From the NCBI RefSeq assembly GCF_001194135.2, contig NC_068982.1:139751725-139793429 (forward strand): DNA of 41,705 nt, read 5' to 3'. Of the stretch, positions 1 through 10,036 are shown piece by piece (position 1 is the stretch's first letter; each line of letters opens with the position of its first letter). The position numbers and the translations under genes were made by a program. The DNA is from Octopus bimaculoides (taxonomy: Eukaryota). The notes beneath the pieces are model-generated. The model was given only the letters and a program-made list of their open reading frames with translations, had not been told where the DNA came from and did not search any database.

Positions 1-345
1 CATCATCATGTGGGCATTGAGAACTTTTTCTCTTTCCTCATGCGCCTGTAAGGTTGTTACCTTCGTATTGGCGATGTGAGGTTGGATTGCCTGGATATAG
101 TTCGGCAGGCTGTCTATTGACATTCTGCCGGACTTATCTGTGGGAAGGCATACCACTTCTCCCTTTTTCGTGCGCTGCATGAGGTTGTGTAGGCTACTTG
201 CGGGTATATTCCCAAGTTGTTGGGCCTCTGTCTTATTCTGTCTCTGTCTCTTAGTGTATAATTCTAAAATCTGTCTAAGTTTTGTCCTAGCTATAGTGAA
301 CTGTGCTTCCATGTGGTCATGAGTATGTTTAGGGATGTAGACTCT
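1..345 (-). mobile_element. Penelope-like retroelement ORF fragment (region N-terminal to RT), running off the window edge
   Basis: Stop-free 115-codon frame on the minus strand, missed by the ATG-anchored ORF track: RVYIPKHTHDHMEAQF...KGEVVCLPTDKSGRMSIDSLPNYIQAIQPHI...NAHMMM. VVCLPTDKSGRMSI matches the (A/T)DK(G/S) motif that precedes PLE reverse transcriptases. The upstream end is cut by a (TA)n tract. Confidence 0.65.
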
Positions 346-1037
346 TATATATATATATATATATATATATTATTTATAATGTTCTTAAATGTATTGATTA
401 ATGGGTAGATCAGGTGTGATGTATCAAGATGTTTCTCTCTCTTCTCTCTTTCCATCTCTCTTACTCTCTCGTTGTATGTTTACATAAACAGACACAAATA
501 TTATTGATATATTTGTATGGAATCCAGCTATACAAGGTGATCTTTATCCTCACATGCAGTACAACACGTAACTCACCTTTGTAGGGTTGTAGCAGACAAT
601 TCAATAACAACTGGACGGCCATTGAAAATTTGCGGTGATAATTCGAGAATTGACTTTGCTATCCATGCAAAATGCGTCGGCGGAACAAGAAGAAGGTATT
701 TCGATCAATTTGGGAAATACACTATATATTTAGAAGAGGAGATGAAGAATGCTATAAATGGTCGGGACATTTGGTTTGGAAATATTAGCACAATCTAGGC
801 ACGCCCCTTGGCTTGATAGATAGATACTGCACGTAAGAACATATTAAAATATTGGCAACATAGATGTACTATTACGGAGTAAAGTATGCAGGAGATTATT
901 TCCTCGATTTTGTCTACAGGTACGTTGTGATTACGACACATTTCAAATAAATGTTATGTCTATGTGATATTTTATAAACATAATCACTGCACCTTATTTA
1001 CATTTGACGGATATTTGTCCTCATCGTGTTTGAGGAT

Positions 1038-1083
1038 AACACAACGTTTCGGCTGATATACCCTCCAGCCTTCATCAGGTGTC
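1038..1083 (-). ncRNA. Minimal type I hammerhead ribozyme motif (PLE-type, predicted dimer-dependent)
   Basis: Minus strand reads GACAC-CUGAUGA-A-GGCUG(GAGGGUAUAU)CAGCC-GAAAC-GUU-GUGUU. It has a complete core, a 5-bp stem II, a GUU cleavage triplet, stem I GACAC/GUGUU and a loopless palindromic AACGUU stem III. Confidence 0.75.
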
Positions 1084-1130
1084 TTGGGGAAATTTCGAAC
1101 CTGGGTTCTCGTTCCTAAGGTACTTTTCGA

Positions 1131-1133
<3 letters not shown>

Positions 1134-1206
<73 letters not shown>
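1134..1206. repeat. (ATT)n microsatellite, internal linker of the composite element
   Basis: Direct reading of the sequence. Confidence 0.95.
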
Positions 1207-1405
1207 GTTCAGTAGTTTTATTTTTATAACGTGCTTTCACTTCACTACCGAGCGCAGCTCTGTGCGCCTTGGGTATGTGCTGTGGTTTGCTGTGGTGCTC
1301 TTATGTTTACTGTATTGAAAGTGTTTTGCGTAGAATGTGTGCAGTACCCAGTAGTGCAATTTTCTGTATGTTATATATATTTGTAAGTCCTGGTATTTTT
1401 GTTAT
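1207..1405 (-). mobile_element. 3' end of an R4/Dong-clade non-LTR retrotransposon (ORF C-terminus plus 3' UTR)
   Basis: Minus frame ends ITKIPGLTNIYNIQKIALLGTAHILRKTLSIQ* (1405-1307), matching the QKxxLLGTAxILRKxL terminus of R4-clade REL elements. The 3' UTR ends directly at an (AAT)n tract. The 5' part is lost in the N-gap. Confidence 0.8.
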
Positions 1406-1951
1406 NNNNNNNNNNNNNNNNNNNNNNNNNNNNNNNNNNNNNNNNNNNNNNNNNNNNNNNNNNNNNNNNNNNNNNNNNNNNNNNNNNNNNNNNNNNNNNN
1501 NNNNNNNNNNNNNNNNNNNNNNNNNNNNNNNNNNNNNNNNNNNNNNNNNNNNNNNNNNNNNNNNNNNNNNNNNNNNNNNNNNNNNNNNNNNNNNNNNNNN
1601 NNNNNNNNNNNNNNNNNNNNNNNNNNNNNNNNNNNNNNNNNNNNNNNNNNNNNNNNNNNNNNNNNNNNNNNNNNNNNNNNNNNNNNNNNNNNNNNNNNNN
1701 NNNNNNNNNNNNNNNNNNNNNNNNNNNNNNNNNNNNNNNNNNNNNNNNNNNNNNNNNNNNNNNNNNNNNNNNNNNNNNNNNNNNNNNNNNNNNNNNNNNN
1801 NNNNNNNNNNNNNNNNNNNNNNNNNNNNNNNNNNNNNNNNNNNNNNNNNNNNNNNNNNNNNNNNNNNNNNNNNNNNNNNNNNNNNNNNNNNNNNNNNNNN
1901 NNNNNNNNNNNNNNNNNNNNNNNNNNNNNNGAGTTCGATTCCAGGCAGTGA

Positions 1952-1955
<4 letters not shown>

Positions 1956-2021
<66 letters not shown>
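1956..2021. repeat. (AAT)n microsatellite, internal linker of the composite element
   Basis: Direct reading of the sequence. Confidence 0.95.
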
Positions 2022-2022
<1 letters not shown>

Positions 2023-2504
2023 GTAACAGCAACAACAACAACAATATCGAAAAATACCTTAGGAATGAGAACCCAGGTTTGAAATTTCCCCAAGACACCT
2101 GATGAAACCCAAAACGTTGTGTTAACCTCAAACAAGATGAGGGGCCAAATATCCGACATATCTAAATAATGTAAGTAATTCCTCATCTCTTAGATACAGA
2201 ACTGTATAATCACTGCATTGCGACAGATGCAAATGGCAAGCTAAATTAATACCTTATTAATGACGAAAACATAAATTTATTGAGGCGTTCCTTTACAATT
2301 GATTATTGTCCTAGAGCAGGTTTCGTACAGAAATCGTGATTGCTAGATCCAGTGATTGCTAGGTGTTATTGATGGTGCATTTCTGAACCAAATCAACCAT
2401 TACTGTACATATTATATGTATATACAATCACGAAAATCCAAGCCATGTAAGTAACATATATTTTAAATTCATAGTCGATATAGTAGTACATTAATAGTAT
2501 ATAT

Positions 2505-2559
<55 letters not shown>

Positions 2560-3807
2560 NNNNNNNNNNNNNNNNNNNNNNNNNNNNNNNNNNNNNNNNN
2601 NNNNNNNNNNNNNNNNNNNNNNNNNNNNNNNNNNNNNNNNNNNNNNNNNNNNNNNNNNNNNNNNNNNNNNNNNNNNNNNNNNNNNNNNNNNNNNNNNNNN
2701 NNTATATATATATATATATATATATATTTCATGGAAAATCAATGAAAACTAGTTTTGTTCCTGTAAATTTAAATTAATTAGTCGCATAGAGCTTCAAATA
2801 ATGATTGCAGCAGAATCGTGATATCTGTATATCAAGGAATAATACTTACATTTTAGAGACCTTACACAATACATCTATCATTAACAATTAGAATAGTCAA
2901 CGAAATGTATACGCTATTTCCTCGTAAGTAATTAATTAAATGAAACAAGTGTCACAACACAAATGAAATAAAACTAAAATACATTTATGAATTCCGTGTC
3001 AGATTTAAAGCGTGATTGCATCAATGAAAGTGTAATTTCGTCTAGACTCCAAATTGAATAAATCCGGTAACTAAATGGGAATTTCAGAAAAGACAATGAA
3101 GAATAAGTAAGTTTTTTGTTTAAATTTACATTTATTCATTCCCTATATTAAAATTTTTGGCATGCAAATTGTAGACGCACGACCACAACACATTCACTCG
3201 TATAAGCCTACACACAGACACTCCCACACACACATACGGTTAGCTAGTCATGCAAAAGACCACCCAGCCAGACGTATTTCAGGGTTGTTAGAAATGTGTA
3301 TGTGACTTTATAGATTAAGCTGGACTAAATCTGAATATTATTGTTCAGGTAATAAAAGTTTAATTTAAAGAACATGCTGTAGCTATATATATATGAAACA
3401 CACACACACACATATACCCATACATATGTTATATATGTATATATATATTTATATATATATATATATATATNNNNNNNNNNNNNNNNNNNNNNNNNNNNNN
3501 NNNNNNNNNNNNNNNNNNNNNNNNNNNNNNNNNNNNNNNNNNNNNNNNNNNNNNNNNNNNNNNNNNNNNNNNNNNNNNNNNNNNNNNNNNNNNNNNNNNN
3601 NNNNNNNNNNNNNNNNNNNNNNNNNNNNNNNNNNNNNNNNNNNNNNNNNNNNNNNNNNNNNNNNNNNNNNNNNNNNNNNNNNNNNNNNNNNNNNNNNNNN
3701 NNNNNNNNNNNNNNNNNNNNNNNNNNNNNNNNNNNNNNNNNNNNNNNNNNNNNNNNNNNGTGTGTGTGTGTGTGTGTGTGTGTGCATGTGTGTGTGTGTG
3801 TGTGTGT

Positions 3808-4810
3808 ATCGCGCCTATTTCCTTACATTTCACATTTCTAACTATTATGCTTCTATATCACCTATCCACTTAAATAAGGCTCTAATCTTCCCCAGAAGGT
3901 ACACACCTATCTTTCGATCTGACATTGACTTCATCCTGGCTATAAGGAAAAAATTAACTTACTTTAGGGATAATTACTAGATTTGCAACCCATCTACGGA
4001 TTTCCTTGATATAAAAACGGGCTCTTCTGACTTCGTTGCCCTATGTTTGTTTCTCATCATCTCCGGAGGGATCTATGGGGATAATGCACTCCTTAAACCA
4101 CTGGTCTAAGTCGCTCTTCTGTTGAACGCACCACCAAGAAATCCCTCCTTAAACTCTTTAAAAATAATAACCTAAGTACCTTTTTTGAAAATGAGACCAA
4201 AGTGGCCAGTTTGTTAGACATTACGTGTAGCTAAAAAATAAACATATATCACCCAATCAATCATTACATTTCATCAACGTCCTTAGTCACCGGCATCTCA
4301 ATCAGAATCTTCAACTTATCAGCTAATGAAGACATTTAACAGTCATACTCCGTATTATAATCAAACTCTCCAGGTCAGCGGTTTCCGCGAAAAGTCTCTT
4401 ATATCCCCAACTCTAAACTTAAAACTAATACTGCACTACCCCTTCCAAGTACTAATCCCGGATCAACCTGCCCCACTTCTATTCACCACATCAATCCTAA
4501 AAAAAACCTACACATTGCACTCGACATCACCACATGCGACAATGACTACAAGTCTCTCTCTAACGGGACCCACTCACTATCCCCACGCGCTGTAAGCCTT
4601 TTAAAACCAGATCCTATGGTTTGTACCACCCTTTTCCCTCCAAATAAAACCCCTGCCTAAGATTCTAAACGCAAATTTCTCACCACAGCACAAATATTAC
4701 CGTCTGCAATAATTCATCTTTGAAAACTTCCTACTCCATCACTCCCAACTTAGGGTCCATACTTGTCTTATCAAACAGACACAAACTTCAACGCCCCTCC
4801 TTAAACCCTA
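3808..4810 (+). pseudogene. Decayed Penelope/Poseidon-type PLE reverse transcriptase and downstream linker
   Basis: Colinear frameshifted blocks: FHISNYYASISPIHLNKAL (cf. FDIxxFYPSIS), DIKTGSSD (cf. DVTMGSYD), IYGDNAL at 4071-4091 (cf. LYRDDGL), KKSLLKLFKNNNL..LLDIT, HFINVLSH, FNSHTPYYNQTLQVSGF, ILWFVPPFS (cf. WFNPPYS), LKTSYSITPNLGSIL (cf. KISYSCMPN). Multiple stops. I did not see the GIY-YIG domain. Confidence 0.85.
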
Positions 4811-5179
4811 TAATTTCACTCACTCAACTTCACCCCAACACACCTAATTGCAATAATACAACTCTTAGTAACCTCAACCGACGCAATAATACCAGCCTTA
4901 ATGCTTTCCCACAATACTACACATATGAAAACATATAGTAGCGGTGATACCCCTCCTAATCTAACACTGGTAATGATTATATCCCCAGTTCTTCTTTGCT
5001 AGTAATGGATGATATGTAGTTGATCTTCCCAGCGATTAATTCCAAAGGCAGAGTAGGTAGAAAACCGGCATTTGCTCTATCTCTCAACCTTGCCTCTTGA
5101 AGGTTTCTGTCTACGCAAAAATGCATTCTACTAATGCCGATTAGTAATACCACGCTCCCACCATGCAAGGATCTATATT

Positions 5180-5399
5180 GGTAGCTGGCAGAAACGTTAG
5201 CATGCCGGGCGAAATGCTTGGCGGTATTTCGTCTGCCGTTACTTTCTGAGTTCAAATTCCGCTGAGGTCGACTTTGCCTTTCATCCTTCGGGGTCGATGA
5301 ATTAAGTAGTAGTACTGGGGTTGATGTAATCGACTTAGTACGTTTGTCTGTTCTTGTTTGTCCCCTCTATGTTTAGCCCCTTGTGGGCAATAAAGAAAT
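5180..5399 (+). mobile_element. tRNA-derived SINE, family A
   Basis: Head TAGCTGGCAGAAACGTTAGC, B-box GAGTTCAAATTCC and body GAGGTCGACTTTGCCTTTCATCC, shared with more than 10 other copies in the window. Confidence 0.85.
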
Positions 5400-5565
5400 G
5401 CTTAGCGTTATTTCATCTGTCTACACGTTCTGAGCTCAAATTCAGCCGAGGTCGACTTTGCCTTTCATCCTTTCCGGTTCTATAAATTAAGTACCAGTTG
5501 CGTACTAGGGTCGATGAAACCGAGTGCCCCTCTCCCCCCAAATTTCGTGCCTTGTGCCTTGAGCA
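5396..5565 (+). mobile_element. SINE family A, 5'-truncated copy directly after the previous one
   Basis: Same body (GAGGTCGACTTTGCCTTTCATCC...AAATTAAGTACCAG) with a different tail (CCCCCAAATTTCGTGCCTTGTGCC). Confidence 0.8.
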
Positions 5566-7224
5566 GACGAGATGTATAGAGCGTCTAGTTTGAGAGGAAG
5601 TTCATTGTAATCATTTAAAAGCTTCTATCATCAAAACCTTCAAGGATGATTTTTTAGAATTTGAATGTAGTTTGGGTACAGAGAAATATAGAAAGTAGGA
5701 AGACTACGGGAGGCAAATGCGAGAAGTAGAAGAATGATAAAAAAATAAATGAAAAGAGCCAGGGAAAATTCGCACGTGAATCAGTTATTATGCTCGATAC
5801 GAAAATATGTGTGCTTGTGTGTGTCGTCTCTCTCTCTCTCTCTCTCTCTGTTTCACTCTCTGTGTCTCTCTATGCACGCACACACATTGTCGTGCATATT
5901 TTGTAGGAGGCTGCAATCATTGTTAATTTCATATTTTGTTTACCTTGCGTGTTATTTAGAATACATTTATTCCTTTTATAAAGCCTTTCCATCACAGTTA
6001 TTCAGCATAGATATCAATTGGTCTTGTATGGGAATCCGTTAACTTGAATAATTCAAAACCCTTCTCAATTCAATTCGGTAGACGGAAAGTAATAGAAACC
6101 TGTCTCTGTGACCTGAAGTTGTATTTTGTTTTATATAGCAATAAGGCCCTTGGGCGCCTTCAAAGGTGTACACTCTGCCGCGAGCCCTCTGGGAAGTTAT
6201 CTGATTTGAAAATAAGTTTCTACTTTCACTTCACCTGTTTCAGAGACGCTGAGAATTCTCGTGGTCAACACAGAACCGTTTCTATCACAGTAATGTAGAA
6301 AAGAAAGAAAAAAGATTTGCAAATCGATATAAAAATGTGTTGGAAATAGTTTCATTTTATAGCGAAACGAGGTCATGTTTTGCTTTTAGACGGTAATCTT
6401 ATAACTGCAAGACTTTACATTAATAATGTTAATTCTTGGAGAAATCAATGTATTTTCTAGTTTTTTGGAAAGTGTTTTCAATGAACTTGCTTTCAAATAT
6501 TCGTGAGTTTATCTTATTTGAATTTATATTGTTGACTTTAGGATGCATTGCCTAGTCACGCTTAACTTTCCATACCACATTGTCCATAAAATAGTCAATC
6601 CTTTACCACTCACAACAATACTAGACTTACTTTCATTTAAAATTCTACAATAATGGTAAAAATAAAATAAGATTAGTGCCAAATAAGTCACGATAAAATA
6701 TGTACACAGCATTATCTACAAGCATTCTCAATTGAAAAAAAAAAAAAAAAAAAGCGGGCGGATAAAATTCTGCGAGCTGCTGGGTTGAATATGAAAGCAT
6801 ATGTTTTAAAGTCTTTCCCATGAAAACAACCCCAAAAGATTTTTTTTTTAAATAAAATGCATGGATCATGGTTAGGCATGAAGAAGGTGTATTAGTGTGT
6901 AGAAGTAGATTAAATATTTATTCTTCACAATATAATCGAAGGATAAAAAGAGTTGAAGAGTAAATCTTTCACACAAGTTTTTATATACACACTTACAAAT
7001 ACACAAGCATACATGCATACATGCATACATACATACATAATACATACATACATATATGCATNNNNNNNNNNNNNNNNNNNNNNNNNNNNNNNNNNNNNNN
7101 NNNNNNNNNNNNNNNNNNNNNNNNNNNNNNNNNNNNNNNNNNNNNNNNNNNNNNNNNNNNNNNNNNNNNNNNNNNNNNNNNNNNNNNNNNNNNNNNNNNN
7201 NNNNNNNNNNNNNNNNNNNNNNNN

Positions 7225-7275
<51 letters not shown>

Positions 7276-8085
7276 CTGTGTGTGTATATATATATGTATT
7301 ACTCACATTTACATATGTATATGCACATATGTATGTTTATGTTTATATACATAAACACATGCATACATGTATGCATATACATGTGTGTGTATGCTTGTAG
7401 GTGTATTTAAACCCTCATACACACATACATTTACACACGTACCCTTACTCAGATGATTATCATTTAGTTATATGTACTTGTAAATAGATTTTCGTCGCAC
7501 ACGTCACTTGTCTTCTACCTTCTAATTCTTTACCCTTCTAAGGTTTAAAACCTGAGAAATATTTAACCATCACAGGCACTAATAGAAGAGATGTTCCATG
7601 GAAATGAATCACTGGTTTTCACACGCTTCCAATCTATGCTGATTCTCATAAAAGAGCTTTTTTTCTACAGTCATTTATACAACAGATTAAATTTGAAATC
7701 GAAACACTTAAATACAAAGAAATACATAAACAGAAAGATAAAATAGGAAAAAACAAAACAAAACTAATGTGGGTTAAAGCAGCAGAAGTTGGATAGGGTA
7801 GCAAGCAGTGGCCACACCCCCGGAATAAATGGATTCTAGTCTCCAAGACAGAAGTGTGGTGTTCCATAATTAATTTTCCTTTTCCGTTAATCTTTTTAAA
7901 GTCACGCTGAAATTCTCAAATTGATTTCGAGCCACCTACAATCCTATTATTATTGCCTCTATACAGATTTATTCCTCTCTCATTGTGACAACTTCATATT
8001 TCTCTTCTCAAATTCTTTCTTGCTTTCTATCATTGCCCCCCCCCTTTCTTATTACCGGTGCCGTTTGTTTATTTCTTTACACTCC

Positions 8086-8155
8086 CTTACCGGTATTTCG
8101 TCTGCCGTTACATTCAGAGTTCAAATTCCGCTGAGTTCGACTTTGCCTTTCATCC
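8086..8155 (+). mobile_element. SINE family A fragment
   Basis: CGGTATTTCGTCTGCCGTTACATTCAGAGTTCAAATTCCGCTGAGTTCGACTTTGCCTTTCATCC closely matches 5223-5286. Confidence 0.8.
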
Positions 8156-8379
8156 GCAAAGTGGGCTGCGATTGGTTGAGGAAGGTCACGCGGTGTCATG
8201 GTTTGATTTGTGTATATGGGTAACAGTAAGTACCAACGAATTTGAATGAAACCGTTTTGATCCACACATGTAACTCCCGATAAATTGGTTAAGTGCCCTT
8301 CTTTCGTTTGTACAATCACTCGTCTCCTTTTTTTGTTTATCTCCCTTTTTTTCTCTGCTTCTTTCTCTCCTTGTTTCTT

Positions 8380-8517
8380 TCTGTGTTCCTTTCTGTGGAA
8401 GAGTGTAGGCTCGAAACGTTAAAGACTTTTTCAATTCCCGAGCGTTACACTGATACATCTATTTGTTTTCTACACCACTTGTTTTCGTCTGTCGTTTGTG
8501 TTTTGTGAGTTCTCCCT
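8380..8517 (+). mobile_element. PLE-type terminal repeat fragment with a variant hammerhead-like motif
   Basis: CTTT-CTGTGGA-A-GAGT(GTAG)GCTC-GAAAC-GTT-AAAG at 8389-8424 has the same layout and AACGTT palindrome as 1038-1083 but unrelated stems. Confidence 0.5.
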
Positions 8518-8564
8518 AAATATATATATATATATATATACACACAATAATCTTTTATTTCAAA

Positions 8565-8879
8565 CAGTGGTTTCCAAACTTTTCAGGCTGTCGCCCCCTT
8601 GTCGCCGGGGCCGCATTCATAGTGCCCTCACCCCAACTAACCATGACAAACATAGACCTCTTTCTGAAGCAAATTCAAAGCAACTGTAGTTCACAAATAA
8701 AACTTAACATAATGAATCCATCATTTTGTTGTTTTTACATGAATCTCTTCTCCATCGTTGACCCACTTTTACCTGAATCGCTACCCCATTATCGCCCCAC
8801 TTTTCCTCAACGCCGCCTTGGAACTTTGCACGGCCCCACATGGGCTGTGGGGCGATACCGCCCAGTTTGGGAACCACTG
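8565..8879. mobile_element. hAT-type MITE (315 bp)
   Basis: 16-bp terminal inverted repeats CAGTGGTTTCCAAACT / AGTTTGGGAACCACTG (1 mismatch), of the hAT/Charlie CAGTGGTT type. Imperfect 8-bp flanks ATTTCAAA / ATTCAAAA. Confidence 0.75.
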
Positions 8880-8980
8880 ATTCAAAAGATATTGAAACTA
8901 TGTAAACTGTGTCCATTTTTTTTCATTGCATGTATATTTTTCTTGCATTATAACTCAACATTTCTTACTCTATATAAATA

Positions 8981-9033
<53 letters not shown>

Positions 9034-9223
9034 CTATAATACATACATACATATATAGAGACATACACACACACGTGCCCTACTATGTATATACAAACAG
9101 AGAGAGAAAGAGAGGGTGTGTTGTGTACATACCTTCATGCACACGCATATAGACATATATATGTGTGTGTATATGCTAATACAATACGTTGTATAAATAA
9201 TTATTTTACATCAACTGACATCG

Positions 9224-9256
<33 letters not shown>
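9224..9256. repeat. (CAT)n microsatellite
   Basis: Direct reading of the sequence. Confidence 0.9.
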
Positions 9257-9257
<1 letters not shown>

Positions 9258-10036
9258 ATATACAGGATGTTTAAAATTTTAAAATAATATATCTGTGAAG
9301 CAGTTTTAGAATCAATACTGAATAGGTTAATAATTTCTGTAGATATTAGAGAGAACAGAGACATACGTCTGACAAACACTAAAATAATCTCTGATATGAG
9401 ATATTTCCTATAAACAATGAAATAATTAAATATCTGCGACAATTTGTTTATAAGATTATATTCGGCTCGTTCGAATAAAGACGAGATTTATGTAGAAACC
9501 GTCTGACTAAATCAAATTGTTGTTTTCGTATAGGAACTAATATTAACTTTAGATATAAGCTTTCTAAATTTCATCTATTCTTAGATTACGTATACTGAAA
9601 TAAAGATATTGCATAATATTGTAGTCGGTAAGCTAACAACCCCAAATGAGTGTGGATCTAAATGTTTTAAAGATACAATCTACAAATTTGATTAATTGTT
9701 TAGAATATACAACAAAGATGTTTTTAAAGATATATTAAGCCGAACATAATATATTTTTGTTTCCGTCCATAGAGAAACATACCGATTAACGGTTAAAGTT
9801 AATTACCAAACGAATTTACCTGCTCAAATTTAGATTCAGGGGATAAAAATATATCGTAATAAGGAAAATGACAATCATTTACATATCAAAAACGAAAATG
9901 TAATAATCTTATAAAACAACCTGATGATGGTTATTTTAAATACAAGTGCAAACATATAGACCTGATAAATTATAGTGTATTGATCTGTACCAATTTGAAA
10001 TTACCGCATTCAGTATTTAATCGTTATCATTAAGTA

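Larger units (their letters stand above)
992..2206 (+). mobile_element. Composite non-autonomous element, copy 1: inverted hammerhead arm / tRNA-like head / (AAT)n / hammerhead arm, with a nested R4 fragment and an N-gap
   Basis: 994-1206 is the reverse complement of part of 1956-2206. The tRNA B-box end GAGTTCGATTCCAGGCAGTGACCTG (1931-1955) is identical to 19289-19313. The unit is flanked by direct repeat ATAATCACTGCA at 980-991 and 2206-2217. Confidence 0.8.

Noticed and set aside
994-2206. DNA transposon or MITE with long terminal inverted repeats
   Set aside because: The arms are asymmetric (the left lacks the last ~35 nt of the right), the TSD lengths differ between copies, and the tRNA head and hammerhead point to retrotransposition.
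3808-4960. Possible nuclear mitochondrial insertion, suggested by the strong C/A strand skew
   Set aside because: No mitochondrial gene emerges under the invertebrate mitochondrial code, whereas the plus strand gives colinear PLE RT motifs.
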